64,000 nucleotides of DNA from Camelus dromedarius (Eukaryota), in assembly GCF_036321535.1 (NCBI RefSeq), contig NC_087437.1, positions 29,204,001 to 29,268,000 on the forward strand, given 5' to 3'. The number at the start of each line of letters is the position of its first letter. Position 1 is the stretch's first letter. The position numbers and the translations under genes are program-made. Under the pieces are notes generated by a model. The model was not told where the DNA came from, searched no databases, and was given only the letters and a program-made list of their open reading frames with translations. Below are positions 12,645 to 23,939 of the stretch, piece after piece.

Positions 12645-14050
12645 GATTTATTCATTCATCAGGTATTTATTAAGTACTTACTGGATGAAAAGCACTGTTC
12701 TAGATGCCGGGCATATATCATTTAACACAGTAGAAAAAAAAATCCCTCCCCACATAGAGTTTACATTCCAATAAGGGGAGATAGGTAATTAACATATTAG
12801 ATAATTGTATGTTTTCCTCCAGCAACGTTACCTGCATCAAAGCAATTAATGAGTCAAGGGAAGAACTGAATTTATCCAGGGTAGGGGTGTAGCCAAATGA
12901 GTACAAAAAAGAGAAGGATAAGGGAGTTCAGGGTGGGTTCAAGGGGATACCATGGGACTTGGCCATGGAATTGAGTCTTCTCAGATGATAAGTAATTTTT
13001 TTTTTTTTTTTTTTTTGGAGGGGAGGACAGAGAGGAATGCCCTAGGAAAAGCATTTGGATCAGTGGATTGTAGGTCTCAGTGCAGCTGAAGAACTGAGGA
13101 GGGAGTAAGATACACAAATGAGTGCTTGGAATTCAGATTTTTAGAGGGGTTGTTTATTTGTAGTGACAAGGTCTACGATTCAACCTAGGGAGCAAGTGGC
13201 TGAGGTATTTAAGGATGTGACCATTGGAGTAAAGGAATTCTGAGAATTAAGTGATAAGGATGTTGGAAGGCTAATACAAATGTATTAAATCACCAAGGAT
13301 AGTGTTGGATAGAGTGCCATTGAGCCAGGAGCTAAAAATCTTCCAAGGATGAAGGTAGATAATAGACTCAGTGAAAGATGACAACAAAGAAGTAGAGGAT
13401 TATCTAATGTTCTATACATGAAAGAACTGAGATCCAGGATTGTGAACTGATTTACCCAGGGTTATGTAAGTTATTAATGAAGCCATGTAACTGGAACTCC
13501 AGCAATCTGTCTCCAGGCTAAATGTCCCCCCCCCCCCACCCATATCACACTATCTTCCATGATAATTTTTGTGAACTCAACACTCAGTGAAGATTAGGAA
13601 GTTTGTTAAGTGGTGGGTGGGGTGATGATGAATCAAGTTTTTTGCAACTTGAATTTGAAGTTTCTTTAGACACTATAGTGAAGAGGGCTGTTAATTGGAA
13701 GTTACACATTCAAGTGGAGAGGTTTTGTGGGCAATCAGATCTCAGATTTAGCTTTGTGAGCCATCAGTATATAATGGCATTTGAAGGGATAAATATGAAT
13801 AAGACAGGGAGAGAATGCAGAGAAAGAAAAGGCTAGCAAAAATTGGATGCACATATAAGGAGCAGAGAAAATGGAATTGTACAGAAAACAGAGAAAAGTC
13901 TCAAAGAAGTAGAAGAACCAAGAATTAAAGAATTTCAAGCAATAAGTGAGGGATCAATTGCACCAGATACCTGTCCCACCCCCCAACACCCCCACATTAA
14001 ATGGGATAAAGGAAGGAAAGAGTACTTCGGATTTGTCACTAAGAAGGTCT
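12645..14050 (-). mobile_element. Fragmented L2 LINE (with a MIR-like piece at about 13410-13520)
   Basis: TTTATTCATTCATCAGGTATTTATTAAGTACTTACT (L2 3' end, antisense), followed by purine-rich degenerate L2 body blocks (GATGAATCAAGTTTTTTGCAACTTGAATTTGAAGTT...GTGAGCCATCAGTATATAATGGCATTTGAAG). Confidence 0.6.
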
Positions 14051-14276
14051 GGGACCACATAACTGAGTTATTGTTTAATAATGAATAATATTTAACAATG
14101 AATAATAGATGATGAAGCACTGGAATTTCAGAGGTCAAGTAGAAGGTAGAAGAGACCAGTTATGATCACCACATTTCTCCTGAAATCACTGTCCACAAAG
14201 TCGATGGGAAAGCCCTACCATCCAAGAAATGTCACAACTAAATAGCAAAAGTGTGCAGATAATGAATTACAGAAGC

Positions 14277-14560
14277 AGTTTTCTGAAACATTTATCCAAA
14301 AGATATTCCTTAAAATAATGGTTCAGTGGTCAGATAATTTGGGAGATTGATATCTAATTCCTCTTGGAAATGTACAATTTATTTTAGCATATTCAAGGCT
14401 CTGAGAAGTCCTGCAGCAAAGAGACTAAATTTTGATTAGCTCAATCTTTCCCAATAAGGAACTTAATCATCATCATCATCATTAATATTGTCATTATTTG
14501 CAAAATATCTTTAAACATTCGAAGGTTAACATTCTGCAGAGCACACTTGGGAGAATGCTG
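14277..14560. mobile_element. hAT-Charlie family MITE
   Basis: Internal AAGGCTCTGAGAAGTCCTGCAG block with termini CAGTTTTCTG...CACACTTGGGAGAATGCTG. Exact subfamily uncertain. Confidence 0.55.
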
Positions 14561-15309
14561 ATTTATAGTTATCAGGCCAGGATGCACTGATGAAAAGAAA
14601 ATACTTCAAGTCATTAATTTATTAGGGGGTGAAAATTATAACACAGAGACAGAGCACTAGAGCAACCACTAAATTTAGTATGTTTTCTTCCTAATTGTGC
14701 CCAAAAACTAAACATTATTACTTTTATTATTTTCATTGTTATTATCACAACTTAAATTCTTAATAAACCAGAGTTTTAGGTCAAAAAGATCCTATATTGT
14801 TTTGTCACTTTAGGTCCCTTCAAACCATTTTCTGCATATTTAATTTACAATAATGATTGTGCTGGAAAACTCAGGCAAAGTGCCTTGATTTGAGCTCACA
14901 ATAACAGACTGATCAATTCAGATAAAGGAAAAATAAGCCTCAACCTGCCTAGAATTTTGATCAGTTTTTTGCCATCGGGGGAGAATACACTATTTATCTA
15001 GGGCTCTCTGAGACTTTTTCTGGGATTTATAGATGGTCCCTAATGAGTGTATTAAAGAAAAATGACATCAGAATTATTTGTCACTGACATTCATCAATTT
15101 TTAGATTGTCATATTACTAATAGGATATCTAATTTAAAACATTCTTGGTGATGGCAAATGACATAATTATTGAATTTAAACTACCAAAGAGAAATGGCCT
15201 TAAAGTCAATATCAAAGGGAGATTTTTTAAACACCTTTAAGTGGGGATTTTGAGACTTAGATTTATTTGAATAATGGAAATTAACCTAATACATAAGAAA
15301 TACTATGAT

Positions 15310-15836
15310 TTTTTTCTTTTTTTTAACATTTTTTTACTGATTTATAATCATTTTACAATGTGTCAAATTCCAGTGTAGAGCACAATTTCTCAGTTATACA
15401 TGAATATATATATATTCATTGTCACATTTTTTTCTCTGTGAGCTACCATAAGATCTTGAATATATTTCCCTGTGCTATACAGTATAATCTTGTTTATCTA
15501 TTCAACAATTTTGAAATCCCTGTCTATCCCTTCCCACCCCCTGCCCCCTTGGCAACCAAAAGTTTGTATTCTATATCTATGAGTCTATTTCTGTTTTGTA
15601 TTTATGCTTTGTTTGTTTGTTTGTTTGTTTTATATTCCACATATGAGTGATCTCATATGGTATTTTTCTTTCTCTTTCTGGCTTAATTCACTTAGAATGA
15701 CATTCTCCAGGAGCATCCATGTTGCTGCAAATGGCGTTATGTTGTCAGTTTTTATGGCTGAATAGTATTCCATTGTATAAATATACCATATCATCTTTAT
15801 CCAGTCATCTGTTGATGCACATTTAGGCTGTTTCCA
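15310..15836 (-). mobile_element. Young LINE-1 3' fragment
   Basis: T tail, then TTTATAATCATTTTACAATGTGTCAAATTCCAGTGTAGAGCAC...GAGCATCCATGTTGCTGCAAATGGCG...CCAGTCATCTGTTGATGCACATTTAGGCTGTTTCCA. Confidence 0.9.
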
Positions 15837-16099
15837 GAAGGAACCCTACTTCAAAATGTGATTTGTTTTTTATATAAAATTTCTGATTGTACATTACTTT
15901 GTTTTACACTACAAATTAGGTAGCTTTTTCCAAATGCTCACTTCTCTTCTCTTAACAGTGCTAACAGAAATATTTTAGGGTAAATCAAGAGTAATTTTTT
16001 TGTTTCTTAGAGACATGAGGTAAATAAGAAAGACACAGTAAACAAGTGAATGGGATTTTAAAAGTGGAACCCATCTTTGAAAGGGTAAGTTCTAATCTG

Positions 16100-17070
16100 T
16101 TTATTCAGTCAACAAACACTTACTGAATGCTTCCTAGGTAACAGATTCTGCTTGACTGTTGTAGGACACAGAAGTAAAATATTCTAAGTCTATGCGCTTA
16201 TGAAACTTCCATTTTAGTAAGAGAAGCAGACGAGGGAAAAAAAAAAAACGTAGTTCCTATGGCAATAAACGTTACACAAACAGTTCAGTAAGTGAGGGAG
16301 GATAAAGAAAATGTTCAGGAACAACCTCTCTGAGGAGGTGGTATCTGGTGCACGGTGAGGTATGGCAATAAGCAGTGGTCCGGGAAGAGCTTTCTTGGCA
16401 GAAGGAAGTGTGAGAAAAAGGCCCAGGGGCCCGTGATCTGAGTGTGCGAGGAGAGGATGAGTGAGAAGCCACGGTGGCCCAGCTTAAGTGAGCACGGAGG
16501 GCTGTGGTTAGAGGCGAGCATGGAGGGGCAGGCGCGGCCAGGTCGTGATGGCCATGGTCAAGAATATGGAGCCTGTTTTACGCTTGATAGGAAGCCATTG
16601 GTCTGTTTTAAAGCAGAGGAAAGGGCATGGTCTGATTGACATTTTTTAAAGACCCCTTTGAGTGCTGAGTGGAGAATAGACCGTAGGAAAGCTGAGAGAG
16701 GGGATGCTGTTACAGGACCAAGACGGTAAGAGTGAAGGTGGTAAAAAGTGATCAGAGGTACTGGGGACAGGCCTTGCTGCTGGATTTTTTTTTTTTTTAA
16801 TTGAAGTATGGTCAGTTTACAACATTGTCAATTTCTGGTGTACAGCACAATGTTTCAGTCATATAGGAACATACATATACTCATTTTCATATTCCTTTCA
16901 CCATAAATTACTACAAGATAATGAATAGAGTTCCCTGTGCTATATAGTATGAACCGGTTGTTTGGATTTCGATATGAGGCCCGAGGAGAGAAGTCAGCAA
17001 GGATTGTGGCTTTGTTTGGGCTGGGGCAACTCCGTCCCTGACGTGGAAATGGAGAAGACTAAGATAAAGG
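16100..17070 (-). mobile_element. L2 LINE, interrupted by a young L1 3' end
   Basis: TTTATTCAGTCAACAAACACTTACTGAATGCTT...GGAAGCCATTGGTCTGTTTTAAAGCAGAGG; the L2 body continues after 16965 (GAAGTCAGCAAGGATTGTGGCTTTG). Confidence 0.8.
16785..16960 (-). mobile_element. Short young LINE-1 3' end
   Basis: Poly-T, then AATTGAAGTATGGTCAGTTTACAACATTGTCAATTTCTGGTGTACAGCAC. TGGATTT is repeated on both flanks. Confidence 0.85.
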
Positions 17071-18458
17071 CATGTTTGCACCAAATGTTAACAGAAAAAA
17101 ATGACCTCATTAACACAACTAGGGAGCCTCGAACAATTCCTTAAGGATGTTTTTGTAAAGTTAATTCACTTTCATAAAGAAACCCCACTGGAATTTCAAT
17201 CTTTAATTATGATAAATGGCTTCACTGGAGTAACGGGTGGCAAAAATGTATATTCAGGTTAGAAGCTATTTGCAAGGATGTTTTGTTTTGTTTTATTACT
17301 TTGGAAACATAAGCAAGAGGGACTGAAGAGCTCATCATAAAATAGAGATTTATATCTCTTCATATCAGAAAGACTTCAAAGTCTTGTTTATGTCCTTCGC
17401 AACAAACTAAATTGGATAGCATTTTCAGTAAATATAAAAGACTTGACTTACACTTTAAAAAAAAACCTATTTTTCTCCATGGACATACAACGGAAGAAAC
17501 AAACCAGCAGGTAGGGAGTGTTACTTGCCTTTCAAAATAAAAGCAGCCATATTCATGCTGAGTTCTATACGAGGAAGAATAACTTGCTAACCTCTCCTTT
17601 CACTGAAAACATAACAAGAACAAATTACAGAAAGAGTGACTGGAGTGAGGCACAGAGAAAGAGTTTCCGGCAGTAAATCAGTCTTAAAAACAAGTGGATG
17701 CTACCAAGAGCCACCTAGACAGCATTATAAGGAAACATTTTTATGTGGTAGGCTGGTACAGAAACAATAAACGTTATCTCCTTAGAAACCTGCTCCTGTA
17801 ATTATTAATACATAAGAGAGGAATGGGCAATGATTCTACTGTCTGAAAATATGACCACACTTTTCAGTAATGCTGACAGTTTCAGGACCATTCTATTTGT
17901 TGAAATAATCTGTAAGGTGCTATAACAGAGATTGCTTAGTATACAAGCAAATTTCAGCAACTTTATTTCCCTTATGATATGCTTTGAATGTCCCTCCTAC
18001 GATTAAACCAGTAAATTGAAGTATCTGACTTACAGTTTTGACTTAAGAGATGGGCTGGAAAATTTTTTGCTAGGTTTTCCAGGACAATGCCAATGTCAGT
18101 TTTTTCTCAGTCTTATATCAAAATTTCATGAAACTATCACTCATAGGCCATGACATAATAAAAATAATCTTTCATGAGCTTATGGCTTTAAAAACAAGTA
18201 AACAAATCCTGTATGATCACAGATCATTTTTGTTGAATCCGTTGTATGTTTGTTGTTTTCAAGTTGTGAGGGCAACAGAATTACAAAGTGTTCAATTCTT
18301 TGAAGATTAAGAAATTGTTGGAAAGCAGAATTGCAAAATTTTCCAGAATGACCACCTCAGAGACTGAAGACGTGAGGTCTGTCTCTTTTCTCTAAATTCA
18401 CTGCAGGCAGTAAATGTTGCTTAGATCAGCCTGCTTAGCACGTTGTCAAAAGCATGCA

Positions 18459-18573
18459 GGGTAGAGGGTATAGCTCGGTGGCAGAGCGCATGCTTAGCAT
18501 GCACTAGGTCCTGGGTTCAATCCCCAGTACCTCCAATAAAAAGTAAATAAATAAGCTTAATTACCTCCCCCAC

Positions 18574-18605
<32 letters not shown>
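18459..18605 (+). mobile_element. Camelid-type tRNA-derived SINE, full length
   Basis: A box TAGCTCGGTGG (18471-18481), B box GGTTCAATCCC (18514-18524), then CAGTACCTCC...TAATTACCTCCCC and poly-A. Confidence 0.9.
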
Positions 18606-20859
18606 TATGTAGTGTACATGTATTTTGAAAAAAAGAAGTTAAAAAGAAGGTAGATGTTCAGTGTGAAATTCACAACTCCCATTAGACTCGTAGAGGCAGT
18701 GTCTGCTGTATCACAACAGTGACAGCCCCAAAATGGCCACTCCAAATTGAATTAATACTCAAGAAAATGTTTCCATCCGTCACATTGTAGGTGTGATTTG
18801 TTCCTTTACAACAATTCCATGTTCATTGCCTTGCTTCTGCATTCATTGTAAATGTATAATAGACAACTATTGGTTTAATTCAGCCTAAATTACAGGATAA
18901 AAATCTAATTCAATTTGGTCTTATGAGAGAGTAAGCCAGCTCAAGATGGTGTTTCTTTATATACAACCGTCTTCAGTGTGATGTTAAATGCTTAGTGAAT
19001 TCACATATTTTGTGCAATAAACAATCTTCTTAGTTGTTTCTATGCCTTATTATGTTAAATGCTTTAAAAATCAGAACTAGATTTTCAAAAGAGGGCTGTC
19101 AAATTATCAAGACAAAAATTTGTCCCCACCTAATTTTTTCAAAGCTAGCCTAACTTTCTACAAATCAGAAGAGCCAGGTAATTGCATCTGGGCAGCCTTC
19201 CTCAGCCAGTCTAGATGAAGTAATTTAGACTGACCTTGTTGGCAGGCGGCACCGTCTGTTGTGTGGTAGCACTTCTTGGGTGAAAAGGTGGGCCAGAGGT
19301 GATTTTCTCCTCTCAAAATGTAAAGAATGATCTATCTCTGTGTTCTCTGCAAACACCCTATACAGTGAAATAGTTGGCTTCAGACATGAACATTTTGATT
19401 CTCATTTGAGGACCTGTAGTTGAAAACTTGTCAACCCTGATAATTACTGCCAACCAAGGAACCCTGCCAACCTTTAGAAGATGCCAAAGGGCAGGGCAGC
19501 CAAAAGACTTGAAAAATGTAAACCTTCCAGGTAAAGGTGAAAAAGAATGGAGGGAAGGATGGAAATGGGTTGTATAACAATCTGGTTCTGCTTCCTGGTG
19601 TGAGGGAAAGGCACCTTGCAAGGAGAGCACGTGGAGGAGGTACACAGGAAATCACCCCGTGAGGATCTCTAAACACAATTCAGAGTGAGCCAACCCCTGA
19701 TTCCAGCTCTAAGGAATATCTGACTGCTCATAAAAGGCTTAACTTCACAAAACCAATTGAGGGATGTGATGGAATTAGACTGGGAAGCTGTGAGCTATCC
19801 TATCTTTGAGAGTTGCCAAGGCAACTCAGGGATTGAAAAGGGTATCTATGGGGTAGGTTTTTAAAATGAGACCTGGAGGAGGCAGAGAAGGAGGAGGACC
19901 AGAAAGAACAAACAGCTGGTGTTAAACAGTAGCTAAAGGCAGAGGGAACTGGGAGGCTCAGCTGTGAACAAAGCTGACTGGGCCCTGCAGCTCATGCCGA
20001 GCCTTGGGAATTTATTCATGAGAGGAATTCAGCAAGTCCCTGGCTGGTTTCAAATAAATCCTGGACCAAATAATATGCGAAAGGAGGGCTTCGAATTAAA
20101 CACAATAAGGTAGCTCTATTTTATTGTTATTATGGATTGTGCATGTCTCTGCTGTTTTCCCAGGCATTTTTCATGTGTGTTCAATAGAATACGGCATTTG
20201 AAACAGACAAAAAGAAAATTCCTAGAAACTGGTCTGCATTTCAGTCAACCAAGATAATGAAAGATAATTTAGTAGATCCATTGTTTTATCTACCTCCCCA
20301 AATTTGACATCAAACTGTTTCACTGAGACAGAATGCATCTCTCACCTTCAACAACTTCCTTTCTTCAAATTTGTGCTGCCAAATCCCAAACCCAAACCGC
20401 CTTCCTCTCCCCTGACTCCCCCAGAACCATGTTTCTTTTGTGTGTGAAAGTCTGTATATGTTGACCATTTTTCCTGAAGTTTAAATCTAAGTCAGTTTTT
20501 TAAAAGTTCATTTTTAAAAAGGTGGAATCATTATTTGTGATTATTTTAAAATCCAATCCATTTTCCCGAGGCTTATTTTCATAGATGTGTAGAACTGTCA
20601 TGAACTACTGTGTGAGAACGCCTATTCACGGACGTTGTAAAAGAATTTGATTTTTAAGCAGCTAGTCCTAAAAGGCATGCAGCCAAACAGAAAAGTTGAT
20701 GCTGGGCTTAAAATATGAGCTTTGATCATCCTCTCCTTGTTTTGGACTTACCTGTGCTGATTTGGATACACAGAGCAGGGGTTCTTTTGAGCAGGTGTAT
20801 CAACAGTATCTGCTAGGGAAGTTTTGACCTGGGTGAGCATTACTCAGGCCAGCACAACT

Positions 20860-21200
20860 CAGCAGTGTGCTGGTAAGTGTTAAACAATCAGCTTCGAAAT
20901 GTGTGGGTGTGCCATCCAAAGGCGGGAAGCCACTTTTCACTAATAACAGTAAAACATATGCTATTCGTTACCGTAGATTCCATATGGCCAATTGATTCTC
21001 ATGGAATGCCTCACGGACTGTGACCAAACTCTTGTATCTGTAGCCAGCCTACGAGTGCAGTTAATGAATGAGTAGATCGTACACGAATATTAGTTATTAG
21101 TTTTGCTTTTGTTAATGAATAAGACAGAAGTGAGACATTGAAGACATACGTTGGAACTTCCTTGGCCTGATGCGACCTCTACTGGGTGACAAGGAGTGGG
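20860..21200 (+). mobile_element. MER63-like hAT-Blackjack DNA transposon fragment
   Basis: GTGTGCTGGTAAGTGTTAAACAATCAGCT terminus and internal CCAATTGATTCTCA...ACTCTTGTATCTGTAGCCAGCCTA...GAAGACATACGTTGGAACTTC. Confidence 0.7.
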
Positions 21201-22114
21201 GGCTGTGTGTGTGTGCGTGCGTATAAGAAGCTACTGTGTGTGTATCTACTCAAACTGGTGACTTTAAAAATCTGAAGATGTTACGATTTCTAATACGACA
21301 ATAAAACTTACTAGTGAGCTCTCTTGAGAAACATCAAGAGTGTAAGAATATGGACACTTGGCACCATATGAAGTATTCACTGAGGGGAGAGCCTGATAAA
21401 GATAGCAGAAGGAACTTCAAGAGCTCTAGAAATAAAATTTGCAGCCTCCTTCAATTGCTGACCATGTGTTTATCTATTTTGCAATCACTGAATCATCCTG
21501 TTTCAGCGCTTGTCAAAAACTTCTTAAGTTTTTGGTTAGAGGACAAAAAGTGGTCATGAGATCTGAATTGAGCTTTGCTGACCTCACAGATTTTCTGTTA
21601 GTTTATGGTTTAGAGGGACAGTCAAGGGGCTAAATTCTTGAGCAGCTTTTCTTTCCACCACTGTGCGAGGTTAAACGTCTGATTTGCAGGACTTACGCTG
21701 TATTGTCAGTACAGAAATTAAAGTAGAGCACTCAGGCTCTCACTGAGCTGGGAAGTCTGTAAACAAGCGAGGGGATAAGAGAGTTATGACCTAGGAAGAC
21801 CAGGTGACTCTTCAGCTTTACTAAAAGGTCACTGGTGTTTGCTTTATAAGCACAGCAGTTAAGACAGGGCAGTTAGAAGCTCTTGAACGGTTTTCTTGAT
21901 GTTTAAAACATTTTATTCATTTTGATCAAAATCATTCAGGTGTTTAATTTTGAAGTTATTAGACTGTAGGTTTTGGGAAGGCCATGAGAATATGTTTGGC
22001 TCCCCAGATTTCTAGAGCCTGGCACAAAGTAGGCGCCCAGTGATTACTCATGGATGAATGAATGTTGGAAAGGAGTTGCATCTTTTCATGAGTGTTGAAT
22101 TAAGTACTTATCAT

Positions 22115-22638
22115 TGTGGTTGGCAGTCTCTAGACTGGCCCTACTGATCTCTGCCTCCTGGTATACATGCCCTTTGTGATCTCCTCTCTTTGACTGTGGG
22201 CTGGATCTAGTGACCTGCGTTTAGTGAACAGAATACAGCAGAAGTGATGGGATGTCACTTCTGAGATTAGCTTACAGAAAGGCCGTGACTCCTGGCTTGC
22301 TTGTCTGGCCCTACCCCTCAGAGCCCTCATTCTGGGGGAGGCAAGTTAACATGTCACAAGTAGCTGAAAGATGGGGCCCATGCAGCAAGGAGCTGATGCC
22401 TCTGGCCAACAGTCAGAGAGGCCCTTAGACCCTCAACAGCCACAAGTAGGCTTGCAAGCATAGCCTTCTCTGTGCAGCCTTGAGATGCCCACAGTCCTGG
22501 CCAAAACCTTGACTGCACCCAGTTAAGCTGCATCTTGATTCTGACTCACACAGAACAACTGTGAGATAACAAGTGTTTGTAGTTTTAAGCCATATGCATT
22601 TCTGGGCTATTTATTACACAGTCACAGAAAGTCAATAT
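22115..22638 (+). mobile_element. MLT1F/E-like MaLR solo LTR
   Basis: TGTGGTTGGCAGTCTCTAGACTGGCCC...GGGCTGGATCTAGTGAC...AGAATACAGCAGAAGTGATGGGATGTCACTTCTGAGATTAG...CTGTGAGATAACAAGTGTTTGTAGTTTTAAGCCA. Confidence 0.85.
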
Positions 22639-22832
22639 AGTTGAATCTATTGTTAAATTGGATTCATTAGTTGTAAAAACTCCATCTAACTGCATAACTC
22701 CTGAAAGGCACTGACAGTTTGTTGAGAAATATAATTCTTCTGTTTCAAACTTATTTTGATGGCTGTATAGTTTGAAACCAAATTACTTCACTCGAAGTCA
22801 CAAATTACAAAAATACAAAACAGAAAAAAGTA

Positions 22833-22916
22833 GGGGGAGGGTTCAATCCCCAGTACATCCATTTCAATCAATCAGTCAATCAATCTTAAATTACTTTCTT
22901 CCCAAAACAAAACAAA
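22833..22916 (+). mobile_element. Camelid-type SINE with internal deletion
   Basis: GGGGGAGGGT joined directly to TCAATCCCCAGTAC. 14-bp direct repeat AAGTCACAAATTAC at 22795-22808 and 22917-22930. Confidence 0.75.
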
Positions 22917-23109
22917 AAGTCACAAATTACTCCAAATGGTCAAAGTAGGGATATTTCCTCTGAATTTCTTCACCAAGAAGTAGAATTACCTTGATGGTCT
23001 TTTCACTGCTATGCGAGTAAACGTTACATTCAGATCACAGTGAGTAATACACTTACTTAGACATGTATCATCTTTAATGAAAATCACCCACATGTTGAGA
23101 TGGTGATGC

Positions 23110-23290
23110 AGTGCACGGTGGTGAAGATTGTGGTTGGCGGTGTCAGACTGTCTGAATTTGAATCCAGCTTTGCTGCTTATTAACTGATTAAATTTGGGCA
23201 AATCACTTATCTGAATTGGTTTCTTCACCTCTAAGGGAAAGGGAATGGATTGTAAACATATGTGAAATGTAATATATAAAGAGTAGTTCA
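23110..23290 (+). mobile_element. MIR SINE
   Basis: GTCAGACTGTCTGAATTTGAATCCAGCTTTGCTGCTTATTAACTG...TTGGGCAAATCACTTA. Confidence 0.75.
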
Positions 23291-23529
23291 TAGGAGTGAT
23301 GAGATCGCCTGCTCTGATGGGGAATGAAAAATCCACAATTTCACTTTTTCATGAGGTTTGCTCACAAAAATTCAATTTTTCCTGGTCTTTTCAATGATCT
23401 GGCCCCTTGTTTTGATGGCATTATTGCATTCTGCATTCACAAAATGACTGGACAAACTGTCCATATCAGTGCTTTACAAATTTTAAAAAACTTATCAAAA
23501 TTATGCATGCGTACAGTTCAGAGTTAGAA

Positions 23530-23815
23530 TGTTGCATAAGGTAGTTCTAGCCTTGAGTGGCTCTTGAGCACTTGAAATGCGGCCAGTCCTAATTTAGATG
23601 TGCTACAAGGATAAAATACACCCTGGATTTCAGACTTAGTATGAAAAAAAAAAAAAAGGAAGTTAAATACCTTTTAAATAAATTTTTTGGTAATGATTAC
23701 TGCTTGAAGTATTTTGGATAGATTTGGTTAAATAAAACATAATATGACAATTTTACTTGTTTCTTTTGACTTTTTCTGAAATGTGGCTACCAGAAAATTT
23801 GCTTTTATATATAGG
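23530..23815 (-). mobile_element. MER33 (hAT-Charlie) DNA transposon
   Basis: GTGGCTCTTGAGCACTTGAAATGCGGCCAGTCC...TAAAATACACCCTGGATTTCAGACTTAGTATGAAAAAA...AATGTGGCTACCAGAAAATTT; homologous to 43463-43773. Confidence 0.8.
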
Positions 23816-23939
23816 GATCTCATATTTTGTTAATAAAAGCACTAACAGACTCAGAGTTTCGTTAAGAAAAGTGGCAGTACGCCTTCCTCTTCTCCATTGT
23901 CTCTACAACCTTCACCCTCTGCGTGCGTGTCTACCTCTG

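Noticed and set aside
18459..18535. tRNA gene
   Set aside because: It has A and B boxes, but continues into a SINE body and poly-A tail, and has four paralogs with TSD-type flanks in the window. It is a tRNA-derived SINE.
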